A stretch of 64,000 nucleotides of DNA. It comes from Candidatus Omnitrophota bacterium. Lineage in GTDB: Bacteria; Omnitrophota; Gorgyraeia; JAFGHF01. The position numbers and the translations under genes were made by a program. The notes under the pieces were generated by a model. The model was not told the DNA's origin, made no database searches, and was given only the letters and a program-made list of their open reading frames with translations. The stretch covers positions 311,035-375,034 of the forward strand of contig CP070837.1 in assembly GCA_020341815.1 (NCBI GenBank), given 5' to 3'. Below are positions 47,214-55,843 of the stretch, in pieces (positions within the stretch are counted from its first letter, which is position 1; each line of letters begins with the position of its first letter).

Positions 47214-47818
47214 TTTTGATTTCGCTTCCGATTTTCTTTATTGCGGTTGTGATTCATGAATATGCCCATGGCTGGGTGGCCTACAAATTAGGCGACCCCA
47301 CGGCGAAGTATGCCGGCAGGCTTACTCTCAACCCCCTGGCCCATATAGATATGATGGGAACGATAGTTCTGCCGCTTCTGTTAATCATGATGCGTTCTCC
47401 GTTTATCTTCGGCTGGGCAAAGCCTGTGCCCATAAACTTTGCTCTTCTGCGCCGGCCCAGGCAGGATATATTCTGGGTAAGCATAGCAGGGATTGCCGCT
47501 AATCTCTTACTGGCTGTATTTCTTGCTTTTTTATTAAGAATAAGGCTATTTCCGCTTAACAGCTATGGCTGGCTATTTTTAAATTACGGAATTATCATCA
47601 ATTTAGTGCTGGCGGTTTTTAACGCCATCCCCATACCGCCCTTGGACGGCTCAAAAATTCTGTTGCGATTTTTACCCACGGATTTGGCCCGTTCATATCT
47701 TCAGCTTGAGCGTTTCGGTTTTCTTATCCTCATAATCCTTTTGTGGATGGGGCTATTAAGAAAGATTATCTGGCCGTTGGTAATAACCCTGGCCCGTAGT
47801 TTAGGAGTAAGCTTTTAA
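47210..47818 (+). CDS. Site-2 protease family (M50) zinc metalloprotease
   Basis: HEYAHGWVAYKLGD HExxH motif in TM1. Conserved LNP...D and PIPPLDG motifs. ATGA overlap with the upstream gene. Confidence 0.8.
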   Translation: MILISLPIFFIAVVIHEYAHGWVAYKLGDPTAKYAGRLTLNPLAHIDMMGTIVLPLLLIMMRSPFIFGWAKPVPINFALLRRPRQDIFWVSIAGIAANLLLAVFLAFLLRIRLFPLNSYGWLFLNYGIIINLVLAVFNAIPIPPLDGSKILLRFLPTDLARSYLQLERFGFLILIILLWMGLLRKIIWPLVITLARSLGVSF

Positions 47819-47820
47819 AA

Positions 47821-47910
47821 CAGTATTTAGTCGTTCGTATTTCGTATCTAGTAAAACAAAAAAATAATAAAAATTTTTAACAAGATACTAGATACTAGCG
47901 ACTAGATACT
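47821..47910. repeat. Family-2 repeat element, copy 2
   Basis: CAGTATTTAGTCGTTCGTATTTCGTATCTAGTAAAACAAAAAAATAATAAAAATTTTTAACAAGATACTAGATACTAGCGACTAGATACT aligns with copies at 1657 and 62718. Confidence 0.75.
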
Positions 47911-47927
47911 ATATAGAAGAAAAAATT

Positions 47928-49022
47928 ATGAAGAAATTAAAAGTTAATTTAGGCGAAAGAAGCTATTCTATCATAATCGGCAAAGGGTGCCTGACTAAGC
48001 TAAAAGGTATTGTCAAAAAGCTTAAGCTTGGAAAGGTAATTGCGGTAGTTACCAATCCTACAATCAACCGCTTGCACGGGGCCCTGATGCAAAAGGCGCT
48101 TAGAGGTTCGGCGGCCGAGGTGCATTTTGTAGAGGTGCCCGATAGCGAGGAGAGTAAGTCCGCTCAAGTATGCATCAGTCTGATTGAAAGGTTTGCCGAG
48201 CTGGACAGGGGAAAGGGCTTGAGCCTGATTGCCTTTGGCGGAGGAGTGATTGGAGATTTGACCGGCTTTTGCGCCTCTGTTTACAGAAGGGGCATCCCTT
48301 ATATTCAGGTACCCACAACGTTGCTGGCCCAGGTAGATTCAAGCATCGGAGGCAAAACGGCTATCGATTTGGCCAGCGCAAAGAACCTGATTGGCTCTTT
48401 TTACCAGCCGCGCCTGGTCTTAAGCGAATTGCGCTTTTTAAGCTCGCTGCCCGAGGCCCAGATAAAAGAGGCCTTAGCGGAAATCATCAAATATGCAATT
48501 ATTGCCGATAGCCGGCTTTTTCAATTTTTAGAAAAAAATCTTGAAGCTATATTGGCGTTGGAGCAGAAAAAAATAGAATATATCGTAGAGACCTGCTGCC
48601 GGATTAAAGCAAATGTCGTAGAGCAGGACGAAACCGATAAAAAGGACAAAAGAATAATCTTGAATTTCGGACATACAACGGCTCATGCCCTGGAGGCAGC
48701 CGCCGGTTACGGAGAAGATTATACCCATGGCTATTCCGTAGCCTTAGGGATATTGGTGGCCTGTGAAATCGCAAGAGAATTAAAGCTGATTCATGGCAAA
48801 GCCGCAGAACGGATAGAAGCGCTTATTGCAAGGGCGGGGCTGCCCACTAAAATATCGCAGCTTAAGCTGGAGGATATCTTAAAAGCCCAGGCCCACGATA
48901 AAAAATTTATTGGCGGAAAAAATCGCTTTGTGCTGCCTTTGGCTATTGGCAAGACCGTGGTCAGGGAAAACGTATCTAAAACAACTATCGTAAAAGCGAT
49001 AAAATCAAAAATGGGGAGGTGA
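47928..49022 (+). CDS. aroB: 3-dehydroquinate synthase
   Basis: GGGVIGDLTGF...VPTTLLAQVDSSIGGKTAID...H...H metal and NAD motifs of DHQS. 364 aa. Confidence 0.9.
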   Translation: MKKLKVNLGERSYSIIIGKGCLTKLKGIVKKLKLGKVIAVVTNPTINRLHGALMQKALRGSAAEVHFVEVPDSEESKSAQVCISLIERFAELDRGKGLSLIAFGGGVIGDLTGFCASVYRRGIPYIQVPTTLLAQVDSSIGGKTAIDLASAKNLIGSFYQPRLVLSELRFLSSLPEAQIKEALAEIIKYAIIADSRLFQFLEKNLEAILALEQKKIEYIVETCCRIKANVVEQDETDKKDKRIILNFGHTTAHALEAAAGYGEDYTHGYSVALGILVACEIARELKLIHGKAAERIEALIARAGLPTKISQLKLEDILKAQAHDKKFIGGKNRFVLPLAIGKTVVRENVSKTTIVKAIKSKMGR

Positions 49023-49026
49023 AAGA

Positions 49027-49431
49027 ATGGCTAAGGTAAGGTTAGACAAGCAACTCATAGCGATAACCGAAAATAAGGTAGGTATGCTCGCTGAGGTAAG
49101 CTCGGCAGTATCGGCAACAGGAATAAATATTCAGGCTATTTGCGCTTACGCCATGGAGAATGAGGCCCATTTCATGCTGGTTACCGACAATAATCAAAAT
49201 GCCAAAGCGGCCCTGGAGGCAAAGGGATATAAGGTAAAGGAAGAGGATGCGGTGTTGGTGGAATTACCTAATCGTATTGGCGTGCTTCAGGAAATGGCAG
49301 AAAAATTAAAGGGAGAATCTATCAATCTGGAATATATTTACGGAACGACCTGCTCTGCTAAATGCGACTGCCTGCTAATATTCACTTCGGACAATAACGC
49401 CCGGGCAATAGAAGTGCTTAAGAAGGCTTGA
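49027..49431 (+). CDS. Tandem ACT-domain protein
   Basis: Two beta-alpha-beta-beta-alpha-beta-like halves (VGMLAEVSSAVSATGINIQAI; GVLQEMAEKLKGESINLEYI). Common neighbour of aro genes. Confidence 0.6.
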   Translation: MAKVRLDKQLIAITENKVGMLAEVSSAVSATGINIQAICAYAMENEAHFMLVTDNNQNAKAALEAKGYKVKEEDAVLVELPNRIGVLQEMAEKLKGESINLEYIYGTTCSAKCDCLLIFTSDNNARAIEVLKKA

Positions 49432-49433
49432 TT

Positions 49434-49832
49434 TTACTTAATTTTGAGCTGGAACTCCGCCCCTTCAAAAGAAAGCTTGACGTAATTGGGCTGGATTTCT
49501 AAAAGCTTTGCCCCTTCAACAAAAGCACCTGTAGTCACTATCTGCTCATTAATTATAGCCAGGGGTTCTTCCGGGTCGTAAAGAATACCCGTCAATTGGA
49601 ATGTCGGAAGGTCCAGAGTAATAGTTACGTCTTCCGTTATCGGAACCGGCTTGAGCTCTTCGGCGGCATTAATTGTATCGGCAGGCCCTTTCAAAGAATT
49701 TGTTGCCAGGAAAAATCCCAACAAACAAATTACGCCTGTGCCTGTCCAGATAAGCCATCTTTTTAAGACAAATCTTTGAGTCTCTGTCCTGAACTCGTCC
49801 GTCCTTTTTAAGGCATCATTTATAATACTCAT
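49434..49832 (-). CDS. GspB/ExeB-like general secretion pathway protein B homolog
   Basis: MSIINDALKR N-terminus typical of GspB. A single TM. Immediately downstream of exeA on the minus strand. Confidence 0.6.
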   Translation of the reverse strand: MSIINDALKRTDEFRTETQRFVLKRWLIWTGTGVICLLGFFLATNSLKGPADTINAAEELKPVPITEDVTITLDLPTFQLTGILYDPEEPLAIINEQIVTTGAFVEGAKLLEIQPNYVKLSFEGAEFQLKIK

Positions 49833-49854
49833 TTAGCCTCACTCCTTTCCAGGC

Positions 49855-50652
49855 TTACAATTCTTCAATACATTCTTTAACAATTCCTGAAATAATACAT
49901 TTAGTCCTGCGCACAAAGGCGGCAAGAAGCGTCTTGTCACATAACATATTTATCAGCCGGGGAACGCCCTGGGAGTATTCATAGATTTTTTCAACTGCCT
50001 CCGCCGTAAACTCAACGGAATTAGTTGCGCCGGCCACAGACATCCTGTGATTGATATATTGATCTATTTCATTCTTATCCAGCGGTAAAATATGATAACG
50101 CACGCCGATCCTCTGGCGCAGCTGCATCAATCTCGGCAAGTTTAATTTATCCCGCAGCTCAGGTTGGCCCACCAAAACAATCTGCAGGAGTTTTTGCTTT
50201 TCCGTCTCCAGATTAGATAAAAGCCGTATCTGCTCAAGCAGGGAAGGCTTTAAGTTCTGGGCCTCATCAATAATCACGACCACGTTAGTCCTCCGGGGTA
50301 GCTGCCCAATAAGAAACTTATTCAATTGGCTTACCAAAGAACCCCCGGAAGACCTGCCGATATCAATTCCCAGGTCCTGCAATATGGTCTTTAGCAGCTG
50401 AAATTTGGAGAGGTCCGGATTTAAAATCAGGGCTGTCTTGGTGTCCTTATCCAGCGAATTCAATAATAGCTTGCAGAGGGTAGTTTTTCCGGTGCCTATT
50501 TCTCCGGTAATCTCCAGAAACCCCTTGCGCTCTTTGATTCCGTAAATAAGATGGGAGAAGGCCTCTTTGTGGCGCCGGCTGAAAAAAAGAAATGCCGGGT
50601 CTGCAGTTACATTGAAAGGCTTTTCCTTTAAGCCAAAATAGCTTTCATACAT
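49855..50652 (-). CDS. ExeA/GspA-family AAA ATPase
   Basis: MYESYFGLKEKPF N-terminus diagnostic of ExeA. Walker A GEIGTGKTT. Walker B VVIIDEAQNL. Confidence 0.8.
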   Translation of the reverse strand: MYESYFGLKEKPFNVTADPAFLFFSRRHKEAFSHLIYGIKERKGFLEITGEIGTGKTTLCKLLLNSLDKDTKTALILNPDLSKFQLLKTILQDLGIDIGRSSGGSLVSQLNKFLIGQLPRRTNVVVIIDEAQNLKPSLLEQIRLLSNLETEKQKLLQIVLVGQPELRDKLNLPRLMQLRQRIGVRYHILPLDKNEIDQYINHRMSVAGATNSVEFTAEAVEKIYEYSQGVPRLINMLCDKTLLAAFVRRTKCIISGIVKECIEEL

Positions 50653-50734
50653 TTTTTCTCCTTATGAGACAAGTTATCTTTTAGTATACCACCGGCAATT
50701 TTTCTTGTAAAGGGAAAATTAGCAAAAAGCTCTC

Positions 50735-50763
50735 TTGACAATGCCAAAAAATCATTGTAAGAT
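50735..50763 (+). promoter_or_regulatory. Sigma70-type promoter TTGACA-17-TAAGAT for dnaE. The track ORF's TTG start at 50735 is this -35 box.
   Basis: Consensus -35. The ATG at 50774 lies about 10 nt after the -10 with no SD, so the mRNA is short-leadered or leaderless. Confidence 0.45.
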
Positions 50764-50773
50764 AGCCAGCGTA

Positions 50774-53700
50774 ATGAGCCAGCATTCCGATTTTGTCCAC
50801 TTGCATGTGCATACCCAATACAGCCTCTTAGACGGCGCCTGTAAGATTGAACCGCTTCTCAACTTAGCCAAAAACCTCCGTTTTCCGGCTCTGGCTATCA
50901 CCGACCACGGCAATCTATTCGGCGTTATAGAGTTTTACCGCCAGGCTATCGCCTGCGGTATAAAGCCGATTATCGGCTGTGAGGTCTATGTTGCGCCCCA
51001 GAGCCGTCTTGACAAGACCGCGCAGTTAGCCCAGGAAAATGCCTACCATTTAATTCTCTTAGCCAAAGACGATCGGGGATACAAAAACCTGATGAAGCTG
51101 GTAAGCGTGGGCTTCTTAGAGGGCTTCTATTACAAACCAAGGATAGATAAGGAAATCTTACGCCAGCACTCTCAAGGGCTAATAGCCTTGAGCGCCTGCC
51201 TGCAGGGGGAAATCCCCCGCCTGATCCTCGCCGGGCAAGAAGAGAAGGCCGGGCAATTAACCGGCCAATTCAATGACATCTTCGGCCCGGGAAATTTCTA
51301 TCTTGAATTACAAAACAATAAAATTCCCGAACAAAACAAGGTAAACAGGGCCCTGATAGACTTTAGCAAGAAACTTTCTATTCCTCTGGTAGCCACTAAT
51401 GATGTGCATTATCTTAATAAAAACGATGCCCGTTCGCATGAGGCGCTTCTGTGTATCCAGACCCAGACCATACTTTCCAATCCCCAGCGGCTCAGATTTT
51501 CCACGGATGAGTTTTATTTCAAAACCACTGCCCAGATGAAGGAGCTCTTTCAGGAAGTGCCCAGTGCCCTAAGCAATACGCTATCCATTGCCGAGAAGTG
51601 CAATCTGGAACTGGACTTCACCAAGACTTATCTTCCCCATTATGAGCCGCCCAAAGGAAAGACCAGGGAAGAATACCTGCGCCAATTATGCAACGAAGGC
51701 CTCAAGAAAAGATATGACGGCAAAATAGACAAGACCGTTACGGAACGGCTAAATCACGAGCTGGAGATTATTAAAAACTCAGGATACATAAGCTACTTTT
51801 TAATTGCCTGGGACTTTGTGCATTATGCAAAAGAAAAAGGTATATCTCACGGGCCCGGCCGGGGCTCGGCCGCAGGAAGCCTGGTCAGCTATGCCTTGGG
51901 GATTACCGACATTGACCCTTTAAGATACGGCCTGATATTTGAACGCTTTTTGAACCCCGAGCGGGTCAGCCTTCCCGATATAGATATAGATTTCTGCTAT
52001 GAGCGCAGAGGCGAAGTAATTGATTATGTAATCGAAAAATACGGAAAGCATAACGTTGCCCAGATAATCACCTTCGGCACGATGGGGGCAAAGGCAGTAG
52101 TGCGCGATGTGGGCAGGGTTATGGGCATAAGCTATGGCGAGGTAGACAGAATCGCCAAGCTAATCCCCAACGATTTGAACATTACCTTGGGAGCTGCTCT
52201 TCAGACCGAGCCGGAACTAAAGCTGCTTTATAAAGAAAATCCCCAGGTAAAAGAACTTCTGGATACGTCTTTGGCGCTGGAAGGCTTGACGCGTCATGCC
52301 TCAACGCATGCTGCCGGAGTAGTAATCGGACAAGGCGCGCTCACCGACTATATTCCTCTTTTTAAAACCAGTGACGGACAGATTACCACCGGCGTAGCCA
52401 TGGGGTCTTTAGAAAAAATCGGCCTTTTAAAAATGGATTTTCTGGGCCTGCGCACACTGACTGTAATCGATGAAACGCTCAAGATAATTAAGCGAATGAA
52501 GGGCGAGGAATTAAAGATAGAAGAGATTTCCCTGGAGGACGAAAAGACCTATCAAATGCTTCATCAGGCCCAGACGGCGGGAATATTTCAGCTGGAAAGT
52601 CGAGGCATGCGTGACCTGCTCAAAAAATTGAAACCGGAAAAATTCGAAGATCTCCTGGCCCTTTTAGCCATATACCGCCCCGGGCCTATCGGAAGCGGTA
52701 TGGTGGATGATTTTATCAAACGAAAACACGGACAACACCCCATTGTTTATGACGACAAACGCCTGGAGCCCATCCTGCGGGAAACCTACGGAATAATTAT
52801 TTTTCAGGAGCAGGTAATGCGCATTGCCAGCGTCCTTGCGGGATTCAGCCTAAGCCAAGCCGATATCCTAAGAAGAGCGATGAGCAAAAAAGAAAGCGAG
52901 GTTATGGAGGAGCAGAGAAAGTATTTTGTTGACGGCTGTGCCAAAAAGGGAATAAGCAAAAGGGTGGCTGAGAAAATCTTCAACCAGATAGAATATTTTG
53001 CCGGTTACGGATTCAATAAATCTCATTCGGCGGCTTACGCGATGATCAGCTATCGCACAGCCTACCTTAAAGCAAATTTTCCTGTTGAGTTTATGACGGC
53101 CCTGTTGACCTCAGAACGCGACAATACCGATAAAATCGTCGCCTACATCAACGAAGCAAATAAAATGGGCATAGAGATTTTATCTCCCGATGCAAATGAA
53201 AGCTTCGCCCAGTTTACTATGGTCTCTGAAAAATCTATCCGCTTTGGTCTTTCAGCAGTAAAAAACGTGGGGCAGGGGGCAATAGATTCTATTGTCCGGG
53301 CAAGAAATAAGTACGGAAGATTTAATTCCCTGCATGAATTTTGCGAATATACGGATTCGCGCCTGGTAAATAAAAAGGTTATTGAAAGCCTGATTAAATG
53401 CGGGGCATTTGACAGCCTGGGTCTTTTTCGCGCGCAGCTTCTGAGTATGCTGGAGAAGGCAATGGAAACTGCCCAGGGCCTGCAGAAAGACAGACAAAAC
53501 GGACAACTCTCCTTCTTTGACCGCAGCCATCAAAACCAGACATTCAAAAAGAACCTTTATGAGATACCGGATATCCCGGAATGGCCGGAAAATCAACTGC
53601 TGGCCTTCGAGAAACAGATGCTGGGTTTCTATACCAGCGGACATCCTCTGGCTAAGTATTCTACGACCTTAAAAAATTATGTCACCCACTCCACCCAGGA

Positions 53701-54229
53701 ACTCGCCAATCTTCAAGAAACGGAAGAAATCTATATCGGCGGGATAATCAATAAGCTCAAAAATATCACCACAAAGAAAAATGAGAGGATGGCTATTTTG
53801 AGCCTGGAAGACCTTGACGGCTTTACAGAGGTCCTGGTATTCCCCAGGGTCTTTTCGCAATCTCTCAAGGTAATGAAGATGAACGCAACGGTTCTCATCA
53901 AAGGCAAGTTCAATCTGCGCGACCGCGACAAAGACACCAAAATTGTTGCGGAGGAGATAATCCCTCTGGCGGAAGCCCAGAAGCGTTACACCAAGGCTAT
54001 TGTTATAAACCTCTTTACCCCCGGCCTGGAAGAGGCAGTGCTTAAGCGGCTTAAGGACATTCTTAAGCAGCACAAGGGAGAAGCGCCTGTAAGCTTAAGT
54101 TTCAGCAGTCCCGACAATCAACGGGTGCAACTCCTAATCAGTCCCGAATATTACGCCGAACCCTCCGAAAAACTCATTTCCGAAATCGAAGCTGTCTTGG
54201 GAGAAGGGGTAGTCACTCTAAAGAAATAG
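50774..54229 (+). CDS. dnaE: DNA polymerase III alpha subunit
   Basis: MSQHSDFVHLHVHTQYSLLDGA PHP N-terminus. About 1150 aa with PHP, pol beta-like palm, fingers and OB domains. Confidence 0.92.
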   Translation: MSQHSDFVHLHVHTQYSLLDGACKIEPLLNLAKNLRFPALAITDHGNLFGVIEFYRQAIACGIKPIIGCEVYVAPQSRLDKTAQLAQENAYHLILLAKDDRGYKNLMKLVSVGFLEGFYYKPRIDKEILRQHSQGLIALSACLQGEIPRLILAGQEEKAGQLTGQFNDIFGPGNFYLELQNNKIPEQNKVNRALIDFSKKLSIPLVATNDVHYLNKNDARSHEALLCIQTQTILSNPQRLRFSTDEFYFKTTAQMKELFQEVPSALSNTLSIAEKCNLELDFTKTYLPHYEPPKGKTREEYLRQLCNEGLKKRYDGKIDKTVTERLNHELEIIKNSGYISYFLIAWDFVHYAKEKGISHGPGRGSAAGSLVSYALGITDIDPLRYGLIFERFLNPERVSLPDIDIDFCYERRGEVIDYVIEKYGKHNVAQIITFGTMGAKAVVRDVGRVMGISYGEVDRIAKLIPNDLNITLGAALQTEPELKLLYKENPQVKELLDTSLALEGLTRHASTHAAGVVIGQGALTDYIPLFKTSDGQITTGVAMGSLEKIGLLKMDFLGLRTLTVIDETLKIIKRMKGEELKIEEISLEDEKTYQMLHQAQTAGIFQLESRGMRDLLKKLKPEKFEDLLALLAIYRPGPIGSGMVDDFIKRKHGQHPIVYDDKRLEPILRETYGIIIFQEQVMRIASVLAGFSLSQADILRRAMSKKESEVMEEQRKYFVDGCAKKGISKRVAEKIFNQIEYFAGYGFNKSHSAAYAMISYRTAYLKANFPVEFMTALLTSERDNTDKIVAYINEANKMGIEILSPDANESFAQFTMVSEKSIRFGLSAVKNVGQGAIDSIVRARNKYGRFNSLHEFCEYTDSRLVNKKVIESLIKCGAFDSLGLFRAQLLSMLEKAMETAQGLQKDRQNGQLSFFDRSHQNQTFKKNLYEIPDIPEWPENQLLAFEKQMLGFYTSGHPLAKYSTTLKNYVTHSTQELANLQETEEIYIGGIINKLKNITTKKNERMAILSLEDLDGFTEVLVFPRVFSQSLKVMKMNATVLIKGKFNLRDRDKDTKIVAEEIIPLAEAQKRYTKAIVINLFTPGLEEAVLKRLKDILKQHKGEAPVSLSFSSPDNQRVQLLISPEYYAEPSEKLISEIEAVLGEGVVTLKK

Positions 54230-54237
54230 AGAAGTGC

Positions 54238-54266
54238 TTGACAGCTTATCCTTTTAATGCTATATT
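54238..54266 (+). promoter_or_regulatory. Sigma70-type promoter TTGACA-17-TATATT upstream of hup
   Basis: Consensus -35 and near-consensus -10 with 17-nt spacing, about 50 nt before the start codon. Confidence 0.5.
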
Positions 54267-54316
54267 ATTCAAGTCTTGCGATTACTTAGACTTAAGGAAA
54301 GGTGGTGAAGCAGGAA

Positions 54317-54589
54317 ATGACCAAAAAAGAGATAGTTTTAAAGATTGCTGAAGAGACCAAAATTAAACAGGCGGATGTAAAAAAGGTGGTCCAGAAGACA
54401 CTGGAAGAAATCGTAGTGGCTCTGGCTAAAGGCGAGCGAGTGGAGCTGAGGAATTTCGGTATCTTCAAGGTCAAGTCCAGACAGGGCCGAACAGGGAGGA
54501 ACCCCCGCACAGGAGCAGCAGTCCCTGTACCGCCCAAAAAGGTGGCCGTATTTAAACCGGGCCTGATTATGAAACGGGAGATAAAATAA
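54317..54589 (+). CDS. hup: HU/IHF-family DNA-binding protein. The track ORF begins at the GTG at 54302.
   Basis: MTKKEIVLKIAEETKIKQADVKKVV...GFGIFKV..R..R.GRNPRTG, the HU beta-arm pattern. Confidence 0.85.
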   Translation: MTKKEIVLKIAEETKIKQADVKKVVQKTLEEIVVALAKGERVELRNFGIFKVKSRQGRTGRNPRTGAAVPVPPKKVAVFKPGLIMKREIK

Positions 54590-54601
54590 AGCCGATAAGC
54601 T

Positions 54602-55843
54602 ATGCAGATAAAAGCTATTAGGGGAACAAAAGATATCCTCCCGCAGGATTCCCGACTTTGGCGCTCCATAGAAGAAAAAGCCAAAAATTTATCCGAAGTC
54701 TACGGCTACCGCCAAATCCGCACTCCTATCCTGGAAGAGGCGCGCCTTTTCGTGCGCAGCATCGGCAAATCTTCCGATATTGTGCGCAAGGAAATGTATG
54801 CCTTTTTAGACCGCAAAAAAAGGCTCTTGTGTCTGCGCCCGGAAGCTACCGCCTCGGTAGTCAGGGCCTACCTGGAACACGGCTTCGATAAAACTATATC
54901 TCTGGCCAAATTCTATTATCTCGGTCCGATGTTCAGGGCCGAGAGACCCCAGGCAGGAAGACTGCGCCAGTTTTATCATATCGGGGTAGAGGCCATTGGT
55001 TCGGCAAGTCCTTATTTAGATGCGGAAGTAATATCGCTTGCGGTAAGGATGTTAGAGGGAATCGGACTGCAGGGATTTGCGCTGCACCTAAACAGTATCG
55101 GCTGTCAAAAAGACAGGCAGAAATATAAAACTAATTTAAAGGCGGCATTAAAAAATAAATTAAAATCTCTGTGTGCGGATTGCCGCGCCCGCTATAAAGT
55201 AAACCCGCTGCGTGTCTTTGACTGCAAAAATCCTCACTGCAAAGAAATAATCAATTCTCTGCCGAAAGTAGCCGCATCCCTCTGCCGGGAATGCCAGGAT
55301 CATTTCTCTAAAGTCAAACTGGCCTTAGAATCTTTAAATATCGATTACGCTTTTAGTCCGCACCTGGTGCGCGGGCTTGATTATTATACCAAGACCTGTT
55401 TTGAGATAACCCATCCCCAGCTGGGCGCGCAAAACGCCGTGGGGGCCGGGGGCAGATACGATGATTTAGTCAGCGACCTCGGCGGCCCGCAAAAGCCTGC
55501 GGTAGGTTTTTCTCTTGGCGTAGAGCGGGTAATTGCCGCATTAGGGCCGCAAAAAACCGAGGCAATTCCGCCAAAATTGTATATGGCTGCCATAGGAGAA
55601 GAAGCCAAGCGAACTGCTTTTAAAGTATTAGACTCCCTGCGGGCAAAAGGTATAGCAGCCACCGCAGGCTATCAGGATAGCTCCTTAAAGGCGCAGATGC
55701 GCCAGGCAGATAAACTGGGAGCCAGATATGTAACTATCCTGGGCAGCGAAGAGCTAACTAAAAAAACAATAATCCTGCGGGATATGCAAAACAAAACTCA
55801 AGAAGAGATCCCGATTAACAAACTATTTGAGGAATTAAAATAA
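54602..55843 (+). CDS. hisS: Histidyl-tRNA synthetase
   Basis: Class II motifs (RGTKDILP; FYHIGVE; GGGRYD). 413 aa. Confidence 0.92.
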   Translation: MQIKAIRGTKDILPQDSRLWRSIEEKAKNLSEVYGYRQIRTPILEEARLFVRSIGKSSDIVRKEMYAFLDRKKRLLCLRPEATASVVRAYLEHGFDKTISLAKFYYLGPMFRAERPQAGRLRQFYHIGVEAIGSASPYLDAEVISLAVRMLEGIGLQGFALHLNSIGCQKDRQKYKTNLKAALKNKLKSLCADCRARYKVNPLRVFDCKNPHCKEIINSLPKVAASLCRECQDHFSKVKLALESLNIDYAFSPHLVRGLDYYTKTCFEITHPQLGAQNAVGAGGRYDDLVSDLGGPQKPAVGFSLGVERVIAALGPQKTEAIPPKLYMAAIGEEAKRTAFKVLDSLRAKGIAATAGYQDSSLKAQMRQADKLGARYVTILGSEELTKKTIILRDMQNKTQEEIPINKLFEELK

